Assembly: GCA_026415655.1 (NCBI GenBank)
Contig: JAOAGR010000008.1
Span: 551-64,550 of the forward strand
DNA from: Candidatus Dojkabacteria bacterium
GTDB lineage: Bacteria > Patescibacteriota > Dojkabacteria > JAOAGR01
DNA: 64,000 nt
Reading direction: 5' to 3'
The notes beneath the pieces are model-generated. The model searched no databases. It saw nothing but the letters and a program-made list of their open reading frames with translations, and was not told the DNA's origin. Within the stretch, counting starts at the first letter, position 1. Each line of letters opens with the position of its first letter. The position numbers and the translations under genes were made by a program. Of the stretch, positions 1 to 9,842 are shown in pieces.

Positions 1-380
1 CTAGTTTTTGATACTGGTACAGAAGTAATCAGATCGATAAAATCAAAATTTATCTTATGAAACTCATCTGCATCTATTAATAATTCAAACAATACATCAA
101 TTAAATTTATATATTTTGCAAATTTCGCATATGAAATAAGTTTAAATAAAATACTATTATAATGATAAAAATAAAATGCTTTTTCTAAGTTTGTTTTACT
201 CTTGTATCTTTTCTTTATAACCCAATTTGAGCTTGGCTTTCTTGAAACATAGCATTCTGGCTTGTATTTTTTGAGTGTACTACGACATGTATTACATAAA
301 AAATCGCTTCTATAAAGCCCACAAGCAACACACTTTTTAGGAAAAAGAAAATCAACTAAAGAAGAGAAGATATTTTTCAT
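1..380 (-). CDS. comF: ComF family competence protein, N-terminal part (runs off window start)
   Basis: Manual translation from ATG 380: MKNIFSSLVDFLFPKKCVACG...FLCNTC, the FPxxCxxC/LCxxC zinc-ribbon start of ComF. Confidence 0.8.
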   Translation of the reverse strand, partial: MKNIFSSLVDFLFPKKCVACGLYRSDFLCNTCRSTLKKYKPECYVSRKPSSNWVIKKRYKSKTNLEKAFYFYHYNSILFKLISYAKFAKYINLIDVLFELLIDADEFHKINFDFIDLITSVPVSKT

Positions 381-394
381 AAAAAACGAAAAAT

Positions 395-471
395 TGGAGC
401 GGGTGATCGGGCTCGAACCGACAACCTTCTCCTTGGAAGGGAGACATTCTAGCCAATTGAACTACACCCGC
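395..471 (-). tRNA. tRNA-Gly(TCC)
   Basis: Reverse complement GCGGGTGTAGTTCAATTGGCTAGAA...CTTCCAA...GGTTCGAGCCC...CACCCGCTCCA; cloverleaf with CCA end. Confidence 0.97.
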
Positions 472-505
472 ATATAGAATTGATTTTACACTAAAATAGA
501 GTTTT

Positions 506-1096
506 TTAGAAGAGACCATTACCACCTGCATCCTCTATATCTGGATTAGATTTAGAACTGTTGTTGGATTTTTTCTTAAAATATTCATTCAAATTCAGAT
601 CAACTCTTATTTTTTCTCCCAATCCGTCAAAATAATAGAGACAATTATTAGAAACCAAAAACTCATAAATACGCCTGGTAATGTCAACATCATTATCACA
701 GTATTCTTTCAATTTCTCTAATTGACCAAGTTTATAAAACCTTACTGCTTCTAATCCATGAGCATTTTTTCCTTCACCCAAAGTGGCATGAGCAATATTA
801 TCTAGTTTTAGATACAATCCATGCTCTTCAACCAAAATCATAAAAATATCAACCAACTTTTTGGAATTCCAATCAAAACTAAAATATCTATCTAATACTG
901 GTATATCATAACCTAGTATATTATATCCAACTATTTCGTTGGCGTCCTGTAAATCTTGTAAAAAATTATTTAATTGATCTTCAAAATAACCCTTTAAAAC
1001 TCCCTCGTCAGAGCGAAATACGCCAACATAGGAAACTCCATTATCTCGAAAATCGGGCATTATATCTTTTGCTTCTGTATCAAATACTAAATACAT
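506..1096 (-). CDS. RNase H-like (DEDD, YprB/RNase_H_2-like) exonuclease
   Basis: VFDTE, VGYNILGYD, YCDNDV motifs; start moved to ATG 1096 (MYLVFDTE) to remove the overlap. Confidence 0.8.
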   Translation of the reverse strand: MYLVFDTEAKDIMPDFRDNGVSYVGVFRSDEGVLKGYFEDQLNNFLQDLQDANEIVGYNILGYDIPVLDRYFSFDWNSKKLVDIFMILVEEHGLYLKLDNIAHATLGEGKNAHGLEAVRFYKLGQLEKLKEYCDNDVDITRRIYEFLVSNNCLYYFDGLGEKIRVDLNLNEYFKKKSNNSSKSNPDIEDAGGNGLF

Positions 1097-1104
1097 GTCC
1101 GATA

Positions 1105-2034
1105 TTATAAGAAATTTATATAAATAATCAATACAAAGAAAATTGATAAAATAAGAAAAAGCAAACATCCAATAAACTGGAGAATAGAAAAAATAAAATA
1201 TTTAACTATTCGAATAATAAAATTTTCTTTTTTTTCAGGGTTATCATTATTTTTTATAACGACTCTTTCGACAATTTTAATAGGTTCTAATTTTTTATCT
1301 GCTTTTTGATCGTTCAAATGTGTAGAGTAAAGACTCGATAAAGAAATTCGCGATTTTTCTTCAGGACTCTTCGGCGATGTAGTTTCCTGCTGACCTACAT
1401 TTGTAGAGTAATAATTTTCACCACGGTCAATATAATTTTTCTCATCAGATTTATTTATTAAATCTTGTTCATTTTTTTGATAGGAAACTTGTAGACTAGG
1501 TTGCTCTATATTTGGCGTACCATTGCTTTTGTCTATATAGATTGTATCTTTTAAATCCAGTTCTGGATAAACTTTAGATTCAAAATGAGGACCATTATTA
1601 CGCCCATTTAGATTTGTGTCATTAGTATTAATTTGTGATAGAATATTATCGTTAATAAAACCCAAGCTTACTTCAGAAACTGAATCTTTTGCACCAGCCT
1701 CTACATGCGGATGAGAAGTATGAAATTGATTTATTCTATCTTTTTCCTCCTCGGTATACGAAGTCTCTCTTATAGGCCTAGGTGCCGTTTTTGCGTATCG
1801 TTGTGTGTCTATATCATTGGTATCTATATTATTAGCAATAAAATCTTGTTTTCTATTATTAAATGATGAAGAAATAGTAGAAACACCTCGTACAATGAGC
1901 CTTCTTGGCTGTACTGACGGTCCCTCTTTTATATTTTTTGGCAAGCCAATGAAGTCTTTTGACCTTTTTCTAGGATCTATTTCTTCTTCTTTCTTTAAAT
2001 ATTTTATTGAATTTTGTTCTTTTTCCTCATTCAT
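1105..2034 (-). CDS. Hypothetical protein, largely disordered, C-terminal membrane anchor
   Basis: 309 aa polar ORF ending in a long hydrophobic segment. Confidence 0.7.
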   Translation of the reverse strand: MNEEKEQNSIKYLKKEEEIDPRKRSKDFIGLPKNIKEGPSVQPRRLIVRGVSTISSSFNNRKQDFIANNIDTNDIDTQRYAKTAPRPIRETSYTEEEKDRINQFHTSHPHVEAGAKDSVSEVSLGFINDNILSQINTNDTNLNGRNNGPHFESKVYPELDLKDTIYIDKSNGTPNIEQPSLQVSYQKNEQDLINKSDEKNYIDRGENYYSTNVGQQETTSPKSPEEKSRISLSSLYSTHLNDQKADKKLEPIKIVERVVIKNNDNPEKKENFIIRIVKYFIFSILQFIGCLLFLILSIFFVLIIYINFL

Positions 2035-2713
2035 TACATTTTTTATTTTCCAAAAATAATCTGATACTTTGACCTGTGGTAAGTAAATTATCTAAAAACT
2101 TTTCTGATATATTTTCAGTGTTTGGGACAAAAGAAAGTTGCGCCATTGAAACTTCATAAATGTCTTCAGAATTTTTGATTATAGTTATAGCTATTAATTT
2201 TAATCTATGTATAGGCAAATTACACTTATTTGACCAGAGATATAAACTTTTAGTTTGTATTGAAACATTATAGGGATTAGAAATATTAATAACTTTAAAA
2301 TTCTCATTAATTTCATTAAAAAGCTGGTTAAGATCACCATAATTGTAATATGTCTTATTTTTTGTAACAAAGTCATTGACTTTTCTTTCTATCTCTTGAA
2401 CAGAAGTACCACAATACTCAAACTTTATATTAAAAGAACCGACATATTTATAACCGAACTCATCGATATATCTGCCGATACGATATAAAATATCTAATGA
2501 TGTATGCAATGGTAGAATACTCTTCATTTTGTCTATTTTGTTACCATCATTCTTTGCATCATAATTAATTGTATTTACTTCACATTCTATTAAATCAGAT
2601 AGACTAATTTCCTTAGCATTGACACTTTTAATAGGATTAAAACCAAATACAATAAACAATATCAAAAGAACATAACCTAAAAACGAAAATATTTTAATAA
2701 CAAACTTCGTCAC
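2027..2713 (-). CDS. Hypothetical exported protein
   Basis: 228 aa ORF, GTG start, signal-like N-terminus ending SVNA. Confidence 0.7.
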   Translation of the reverse strand: MTKFVIKIFSFLGYVLLILFIVFGFNPIKSVNAKEISLSDLIECEVNTINYDAKNDGNKIDKMKSILPLHTSLDILYRIGRYIDEFGYKYVGSFNIKFEYCGTSVQEIERKVNDFVTKNKTYYNYGDLNQLFNEINENFKVINISNPYNVSIQTKSLYLWSNKCNLPIHRLKLIAITIIKNSEDIYEVSMAQLSFVPNTENISEKFLDNLLTTGQSIRLFLENKKCNE

Positions 2714-2792
2714 ATATAAATCATAGAAATATTAAAGTTTATAATCAAGTAACTAGATGTAAGATGATGATTTTTAGTATATACTAAAGAGT

Positions 2793-3614
2793 ATGGATTT
2801 TCTTGATAAAGATACCAAAAGACTTCTTATTGCTATAGCTGTTTTCATTGTAGTAGCTTTAGTAGTTTTACCATCATTTTTAAGTGGTAATATGTTCAGA
2901 TTTCCGGGTTCCGATATATTAGGAAATATAGCTGGAGGAGTAAGAGAAAGTGCCAAAAGCAATCCTTTTATCAATAACAATAAAACCATTACTTCAAAGA
3001 AGGATTATAAATTAGAAAACGATGTTGACTATTCAATAAATATAGAAACAAATAAAGGAAAAATTAAAATAGATTTATTTGAAAATTACGCTCCCAAAAA
3101 TACGGCAAACATACTAAGTTTGGTTGAAAGCAATGTTTATTCCAATGTTTTTTTTCAAAAGAGCAATAAAGTAGTACTAACAAAAACTAACGTAAATATA
3201 GATTATAACGTGGAAGATGAAATAAATGCAGATTATTTAGGACTAAATTCTATATATGTAAGAGATGCCTACTTTTTGAGATCAATATATGATCCAAACA
3301 ATCCTAATACCAAAAATTTCTCTCCAGAAAATCTCACAAAATATGAAGAACTAACATTAAAACAGTTTTACAGCAACATACTTGGATATAAATATAATCC
3401 CTCTCTTCAGACACCAAGAGCACAAAAATATATGGTATATATGATCTCTTCCGGTCCTAATACCAATAAAGCAGACTTTTTTATTCTAATGACTGCCGAC
3501 AATCCTGAGATAGATGGTAGATTTACACCAGTGGGTGTTGTAAGAGAGGGAATGGATATTTTAGAACAACAGAATAATATCCAAATTAAAAACATTGATA
3601 TTGTAAAGCAATAA
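2793..3614 (+). CDS. Membrane-anchored cyclophilin-type PPIase-like protein (degenerate active site)
   Basis: IETNKGKIKIDLFENYAPK, GPNTNKADFFI, DGRFTPVGVVREGMD; N-terminal TM. Confidence 0.8.
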   Translation: MDFLDKDTKRLLIAIAVFIVVALVVLPSFLSGNMFRFPGSDILGNIAGGVRESAKSNPFINNNKTITSKKDYKLENDVDYSINIETNKGKIKIDLFENYAPKNTANILSLVESNVYSNVFFQKSNKVVLTKTNVNIDYNVEDEINADYLGLNSIYVRDAYFLRSIYDPNNPNTKNFSPENLTKYEELTLKQFYSNILGYKYNPSLQTPRAQKYMVYMISSGPNTNKADFFILMTADNPEIDGRFTPVGVVREGMDILEQQNNIQIKNIDIVKQ

Positions 3615-3617
3615 ATT

Positions 3618-4148
3618 ATGGACAAAAGAAAGGTAAAAATCGGGATATTATTGGGTACCACACGTTTAGGCAGGCAATCAGAAAAAGTATATAAATATAT
3701 AAGCGAATTGTTAGAACACAAATTTAGCGAGGAAGTAGAAATCTTTTTATTTGATATTAGATTTTTATTTTCACAATTTGATAAAAATAATTTTAGCTTT
3801 AACAAAGAAGCAATAGAAAAATATCAAGATTTTATAAAGAAAATTGATGGTCTGATATTGATTTCGCCAGAATATAATCATTCATTTCCTGGTGAATTAA
3901 AAATGGTTTTAGATTTAGAATATCAAATTTATAGAAATAAACCTGTAATTGTTGTCGGAGTTTCTTCTGGCCCCATAGGCGGAGCAAGAATGTGCGAGTC
4001 ACTAATCCCAGTACTAAGGACTATAGGTTTTCGTGTTTATCAATATGATATTTTATTTCCAAATATAAATAACTACAACTTTGAAGACTCAAGAGAGGAA
4101 GAGAGACTTTTGAAACAACTGAAAGATTTTATACATACAATAAATTAA
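3618..4148 (+). CDS. NADPH-dependent FMN reductase family protein
   Basis: LGTTRLGRQS, SPEYNHSFPGELK, VSSGPIGG. Confidence 0.9.
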   Translation: MDKRKVKIGILLGTTRLGRQSEKVYKYISELLEHKFSEEVEIFLFDIRFLFSQFDKNNFSFNKEAIEKYQDFIKKIDGLILISPEYNHSFPGELKMVLDLEYQIYRNKPVIVVGVSSGPIGGARMCESLIPVLRTIGFRVYQYDILFPNINNYNFEDSREEERLLKQLKDFIHTIN

Positions 4149-4158
4149 ATATCAAAAA

Positions 4159-7044
4159 ATGAGTGAATATATTTTTGGATTTTTTGGACTGGCTGTATTC
4201 ATCCTACTTTTCATTTTTTTCTTTATATGGATTACAAAGAGTAATGTAATTAAAATATCGTTTAAATATTTATTTACCAACAAAGTTAGTTCCCTCCTCA
4301 GTGTATGTGCTATTACCATAGCTTTTTTCACAATTCACTTCAGTTTGATTTCTCAGTTTAACTTTCTTAATGGAATCGAAAACTATATCCGCAAAATGTA
4401 TGGGGATATCGATGGTGTTATATTTGACCGAACGGGTGGATCAATCTCTATTGAAGTCTATAACAAAATCTCCTCTTCTTTAATCCAAGAACGTATCGAA
4501 ACATTGCCAATATTTTATGATGAGATAAATATAAAGAACAGAAATATATCACTAATTGGAATATATAAGGAACAGAATAGCTTTTCTATAAATGATAACT
4601 TTTATAAAGAAGAGCTTAAAAAACTTATAGAACAAATCGACTCTAATGAGGTCATAATATCTACTGACATAGCCAAACAACTAAATTTAAACCGAAATGA
4701 AAGAATAAATCTTTATGAAAAAGAATATATCATCAAAGAAATAGTCGATCCTAACGGTCTTTTAGGGTTCACAAAGGGTAATCTCAATACAATAGGATCA
4801 ATTATTGTACCAGTAAACTTTGTAGAAAAAAGTCCGAATTTAATACTAGTAAATTCTCTTGATGCATATGATATTGAAGCCCTGACCAGAGTAATACAAC
4901 AAAAGATAGTATTAGCTAAAAATACTCTGGTATTTGATGAACTAAAAGAAAAAACTATTAACTTATTAACAAATGCTGATGCACCGATCCGTCACTCACA
5001 GCTTATATTTATTGTTTCAATTCCCATATTTTTATCCGCATTATTAGTACTTACCATAATAAGCCTAATGATCATAGATAGAAGGAAAATAGAGATATCA
5101 ACACTAAGAGCCATAGGATACACCAATCTTGATGTAACTCTAATTTTTCTTACAGAATTTTTTATTTATTTATTTGTAGCCTCAATTATACAAATAGTTA
5201 TAATATTTTTATTTGTAAACTTTATAAACAATTTATGGCTAGAAAATTATATATTTCCAAAGACTTATATTACATATATACAACTAGACAACAACTTAGA
5301 TATTAACATAATATTATTAATTCTTTTTAATACACTATTCTTGGGTAGTATAATTTTTGCACTGATTTTTTCCCGAATTATAAACATTAACATAGCAACA
5401 GGACTGAAAAATATTCCAACTCCCGAATATAAACCATTTAACCTAAAAAATAACACATTTTCTATACTCATAATTTTGTTAGGCATATTGGGTTTAAACA
5501 CAATATTCAATAATTTGATAACGGATCCACTGATTTATGACACTATTTTATATGTATCGCTGATAGGCATACTCGGGGGAAGTATTAATCTCATTAGACA
5601 AATATTTTCCTCTAAAAGATATAAAATTATTAGTTATTCGACATTAGTCTTTATATTCATTTCTATTTTTTCCCTAAGTACAGACCTTTTTAAAAGCCTA
5701 AAAACTGATCTAATTTTCATAATATCAAATGCTATAATTTTTAGTCTTTCTATAACTATTCTACTTGTATTAAATATAGAAATTTTTACAAAGATATTTA
5801 AATTTATTCAAAATAGAATTTCATATATCGTTATTGGTATAAGATATTCATCGATATCACCATTTAAGACAATTTTATTTGTTTGTATTATAACTATTTT
5901 ATTAATTACGCCGGGAATAGGGCTTCTAATCAATCAATATATTTTTTCAGAACAGAAGAAAATAATCGAAAATCTACAATATAATCTTATTGTCAATGAC
6001 CCATTGAATACTTTGAACTTAGATGTATTAAACAATGAAAAAATTCAGACTATTGGAATGATCAGCTCCCAAGGTATTTTTATGCCTGAATACACATACT
6101 CTCAAATAGAATATTTTGATCCAAAAGCACCCTTACCGGTTAGAGGTGATGACAAATTTAGAGATGTCTTAACTAGTTTAGATGAGAATCTGTTTGAATC
6201 AATAGGATCGATAGATACAAAGGTATTGAACATAAAGACAGAATTTTTAGAAAATGATAGATATGTTTTGCTTGGTAGAAATTACAAAAGACGAGCTAGC
6301 AATACAAACTTACGTCCTGAATTAAAAATAGGCGATAAAGTAAAAATAGAATTCTTTGACGGTACAACGATTGAAAGAGAAGTAATAGGTATAATTGATA
6401 TACCGAAAGGTTTCGAATATTCAGAACAATTTTTAAATTTTGCCAATCTGGGAAATTATGGGATATACATTTCGAATATAGACGCAATTAATCTCACAGA
6501 AAATAAAAATATCTTACTACCAAGAGTATTTTATGTAAAGACGAAGGATCACGAATTGCCAAGTGAATTAGTTGATAAAATAAAAACATATACAGGAACA
6601 ACTATAATTAATCAACTAGATAAAGTAAATGAAAATATAGCAATTTCAAACAACATCCTGTCTTTGGTAAACAAAGGTGTAATCATTAGCTTTATATTAG
6701 TCACTTTATCTATAAGTATACTGATAATTAAATCAATTATAGACAAACACGAACAAGTATCTATTTTATGGTTTATAGGAAAAAGTAAGAATTTTATAGC
6801 GAGCATATTTGCTACAGAATACATAACGTTCATTTTAGTATCAGTTTTCGTAACAATATGTATCTTCTGTTTTTTGTATTTATTAGTCCCACAGATATTT
6901 AACTTTATTAAAATAGAAGAATTTTTAATATCCTATCTTGATATCTCAAAAATTTTTATATTCATCTCACTAATCTATATCTTAGTCCCATTCATTAAAA
7001 TGTATACCACAAACAATTTCAATATAAAATCAAAAGTAGAATGA
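4159..7044 (+). CDS. ABC transporter permease, MacB/FtsX-like, duplicated
   Basis: RKIEISTLRAIG motif, many TMs, two extracytoplasmic domains, ATGA overlap with the ATPase. Confidence 0.85.
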   Translation: MSEYIFGFFGLAVFILLFIFFFIWITKSNVIKISFKYLFTNKVSSLLSVCAITIAFFTIHFSLISQFNFLNGIENYIRKMYGDIDGVIFDRTGGSISIEVYNKISSSLIQERIETLPIFYDEINIKNRNISLIGIYKEQNSFSINDNFYKEELKKLIEQIDSNEVIISTDIAKQLNLNRNERINLYEKEYIIKEIVDPNGLLGFTKGNLNTIGSIIVPVNFVEKSPNLILVNSLDAYDIEALTRVIQQKIVLAKNTLVFDELKEKTINLLTNADAPIRHSQLIFIVSIPIFLSALLVLTIISLMIIDRRKIEISTLRAIGYTNLDVTLIFLTEFFIYLFVASIIQIVIIFLFVNFINNLWLENYIFPKTYITYIQLDNNLDINIILLILFNTLFLGSIIFALIFSRIININIATGLKNIPTPEYKPFNLKNNTFSILIILLGILGLNTIFNNLITDPLIYDTILYVSLIGILGGSINLIRQIFSSKRYKIISYSTLVFIFISIFSLSTDLFKSLKTDLIFIISNAIIFSLSITILLVLNIEIFTKIFKFIQNRISYIVIGIRYSSISPFKTILFVCIITILLITPGIGLLINQYIFSEQKKIIENLQYNLIVNDPLNTLNLDVLNNEKIQTIGMISSQGIFMPEYTYSQIEYFDPKAPLPVRGDDKFRDVLTSLDENLFESIGSIDTKVLNIKTEFLENDRYVLLGRNYKRRASNTNLRPELKIGDKVKIEFFDGTTIEREVIGIIDIPKGFEYSEQFLNFANLGNYGIYISNIDAINLTENKNILLPRVFYVKTKDHELPSELVDKIKTYTGTTIINQLDKVNENIAISNNILSLVNKGVIISFILVTLSISILIIKSIIDKHEQVSILWFIGKSKNFIASIFATEYITFILVSVFVTICIFCFLYLLVPQIFNFIKIEEFLISYLDISKIFIFISLIYILVPFIKMYTTNNFNIKSKVE

Positions 7045-7748
7045 AAGAGAAGAAAAACAAAAATATAAAAAAAGAAATTATTTTATCAGTCAGAAATTTG
7101 TCAAAAAACTACCGTGATTATGATAAATATTTGGAGGTACTCAAAGGGTTGAATTTAGATATATATAAAGGTGAAATAATCGCAATCACAGGTCCTTCTG
7201 GATCGGGTAAAACAACTTTTTTAAATTGTATATCAACCATTGATTCGTTCGATGATGGAGAAGTAATATTTGATGGAAAAAACATATCATCAATGAGCGA
7301 GAAAGAAAAAAATAAGTTTAGATCATATAATATGGGGTTTGTCTTTCAGAATTATAATTTGATTAGTGTATTATCAGCTCTAGAAAATGTGCAATTAAGC
7401 CTCTCAAATAAAAAAGAGCATCTTCTCAATAGCATTCAAATTTCGAAAGAAATACTAGAAAAAGTGGGATTAGGTGATAGACTACACAACAAACCAGATC
7501 AGCTTTCTGGGGGTGAAAAACAGCGCGTTGCTATAGCAAGAGCTTTAGTACACAAGCCTAAAATAGTCTTTGCAGATGAGCCTACAGGTAATCTGGATAG
7601 CAAATCAAGCGAAGATATAATGAATTTAATCCTACAAATGAATCAAGAGTATGGTGTAACATTTGTTATTGTTACGCACAACAGTATGGTCGCATCAAAA
7701 GCGCATAGGGTATTTAGACTTAAAAATGGTAAACTAGAGAAAGTATAA
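7041..7748 (+). CDS. ABC transporter ATP-binding protein (LolD/MacB type)
   Basis: [28 protein letters not shown]. Confidence 0.95.
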   Translation: MKEKKNKNIKKEIILSVRNLSKNYRDYDKYLEVLKGLNLDIYKGEIIAITGPSGSGKTTFLNCISTIDSFDDGEVIFDGKNISSMSEKEKNKFRSYNMGFVFQNYNLISVLSALENVQLSLSNKKEHLLNSIQISKEILEKVGLGDRLHNKPDQLSGGEKQRVAIARALVHKPKIVFADEPTGNLDSKSSEDIMNLILQMNQEYGVTFVIVTHNSMVASKAHRVFRLKNGKLEKV

Positions 7749-8179
7749 TGAGCAAACACATCATTGGTGAAAAAGATAATCAATATCGTTATAAAGTTTG
7801 GATGGAACAAGCAACATTTGATCTCGCAGCGGCCCATATTAGTTTAAATAATAGCTTTTTTGAATGGTCATGCTTTCAATCTCAGCAAGCCGCCGAAAAA
7901 GCACTAAAAGCACTCATAGCATATCATGGAAAATCAGTACCAAAAGTTCATAAATTAGGGGTTTTGGTGGGTATGATAAAAAGCTTCGAATATAGACTGA
8001 GAGGTATACATATTGATATTTCTGAATTGCAATCTTATACTTTTATCACAAGGTATCCATTTTTAATACCAGGAGAGGCAAAAACACCTCATAAATATAT
8101 AAAAAAAGAAGAAGCAGAAATATGCATAAAGAAAGCAACAATTATTTTAAATTTGATCCAAGGATTATTAGACGAATAA
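7748..8179 (+). CDS. HEPN domain protein
   Basis: WMEQATFDL, CFQSQQAAEKALKA, HKL, TRYP. Confidence 0.9.
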   Translation: MSKHIIGEKDNQYRYKVWMEQATFDLAAAHISLNNSFFEWSCFQSQQAAEKALKALIAYHGKSVPKVHKLGVLVGMIKSFEYRLRGIHIDISELQSYTFITRYPFLIPGEAKTPHKYIKKEEAEICIKKATIILNLIQGLLDE

Positions 8180-8577
8180 ATCAGGCCGTAGAAACGATTA
8201 AAAGTATATTTGGAACTAATATTATAGAAATATGTCTATTTGGTAGTTATTGTCTAAATAGGTTTCACCAATATTCATCAATTGATATCTTGGTAATCTT
8301 ACATGAATGCGATATGGAATTTATAAAAAGAAAAGTTGAATTAGAAAGAATACTAAATGAAGATTATTTGGTACCACTTATAGATCCTTTAGTATATACA
8401 GAAGCAGAAGTAATTTCATTACTGAAAGAAAAAGATAGCTTTATGGATTCCGTGATACAAGAAGCCGTAGTACTTTATAACGGATTTAATGAAATAAATA
8501 TAGAAAAGTTATCAGCATCCACAATTATTAAATCAAGATATTTAACCGCTTCTCCAAAATTACAAAAATTGTTATAA
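8122..8577 (+). CDS. Minimal nucleotidyltransferase (MNT), partner of HEPN
   Basis: LFGSY...SSIDILVI...IDPLVYT; start uncertain, 58-nt overlap with HEPN. Confidence 0.8.
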   Translation: MHKESNNYFKFDPRIIRRINQAVETIKSIFGTNIIEICLFGSYCLNRFHQYSSIDILVILHECDMEFIKRKVELERILNEDYLVPLIDPLVYTEAEVISLLKEKDSFMDSVIQEAVVLYNGFNEINIEKLSASTIIKSRYLTASPKLQKLL

Positions 8578-8587
8578 TCGAGTTCAT

Positions 8588-9055
8588 ATGGTCCAAAAAG
8601 GAGATAAATTAAATCTAGAAAATTTGAATCTTATAAATCAAGATGGTGAAAAAATTTTATTATCAGATGAAAAATATAAATATCTAGTTTTATATTTCTA
8701 TCCAAAAGATATGACACCTGGATGCACAATACAAGCATGCCAGATCAAAGATAATTATGACTTTTTGAAATCCAAAGGAATATTAGTTCTTGGTGTAAGC
8801 AAAGATTCGCAGAAATCACATAAAAGATTTAGAGATACATTTAAATTAAATTTTGATTTGATAATCGATGAAGATGCCTCACTATCAGAATATTTTGGTG
8901 TGGTTAAAGAAAAATCTATGTTTGGTAGAAAATACAAAGGAATAAATCGAACTACATTTATAATAGATCTATCATCTGGAGAAGTACGTGATAGATGGGA
9001 TAACGTAGATCCAAATAAACACATCGACCAAATTAAACAATATTTTAATTTATAA
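8588..9055 (+). CDS. bcp: Peroxiredoxin Bcp/PrxQ
   Basis: YFYPKDMTPGCTIQAC, RTTFIID. Confidence 0.93.
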   Translation: MVQKGDKLNLENLNLINQDGEKILLSDEKYKYLVLYFYPKDMTPGCTIQACQIKDNYDFLKSKGILVLGVSKDSQKSHKRFRDTFKLNFDLIIDEDASLSEYFGVVKEKSMFGRKYKGINRTTFIIDLSSGEVRDRWDNVDPNKHIDQIKQYFNL

Positions 9056-9065
9056 ATAAAAATAT

Positions 9066-9836
9066 ATGGAGAAAGCAAAAGAATTTTTACTTCATCCGGT
9101 ATTTATCAGTATAATTGCATTATTCGTTATTGGAGTAATTTTATATTATTTAGTGATAAATGCACCTGAAGTACCTTCGGCAGAGAGAGTAATCCATTTC
9201 AAGGGTAAAGAAGACTCAAAAATAGTAATCACAGAATACACAGATTTTCAATGTCCTGCATGTAAAGATTTCTTTGCAACGAAGAAACAAATAATAGAAA
9301 AGTACGGTAATTACATTAAATTTGAAGTTAGGCATTTTCCTTTAAATACCATTCATCCAAATGCTCAAAGTGCTGCAGAAGCGGCTGAAGCAGCAGGTGC
9401 TCAAGGTAAGTTTTTTGAATATAGCGAGATACTTTTCGAAAGACAAGGTGAAAGTCAAAATTGGAATACAGAGAAGTTTGTTGAGTATGCACGTGAAGTA
9501 GGGGTAAACGATATAGACAGATTTAGAAAAGAACTAGTTAATAGGTATTACCAAAAAGCAGTTATTGAAAGTTTAAATGAGGCTCAATCTAAAGGATTTA
9601 CCGGTACTCCAACAGTATTGATAAATGGAAGAGTTTATGAGTTAAATGGTCGTCCATCAGTACCTTCTTATTCTGAACTCGAAAGTGAAATACTCAAGTT
9701 AGCAAAAGGGTATGGCATTGAAATAAAAACAGATGGTTCATCTCAAAATACAGGAAATAACAACATTAGTCCAACAGTTACAGAATCTACAGAACAGAAA
9801 ATAGAAAATAATCAGAATAATACTCAAACTGAATAA
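9066..9836 (+). CDS. Membrane-anchored DsbA-family thiol-disulfide oxidoreductase
   Basis: EYTDFQCPAC, RHFPL, cis-Pro GTPT; N-terminal TM. Confidence 0.92.
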   Translation: MEKAKEFLLHPVFISIIALFVIGVILYYLVINAPEVPSAERVIHFKGKEDSKIVITEYTDFQCPACKDFFATKKQIIEKYGNYIKFEVRHFPLNTIHPNAQSAAEAAEAAGAQGKFFEYSEILFERQGESQNWNTEKFVEYAREVGVNDIDRFRKELVNRYYQKAVIESLNEAQSKGFTGTPTVLINGRVYELNGRPSVPSYSELESEILKLAKGYGIEIKTDGSSQNTGNNNISPTVTESTEQKIENNQNNTQTE

Positions 9837-9842
9837 TAAGCG

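Noticed and set aside
506-8577. Anti-phage defence island (RNase H-like nuclease plus HEPN/MNT)
   Set aside because: Genes are separated by housekeeping and transport genes; no RM, Cas, CBASS or other defence genes nearby
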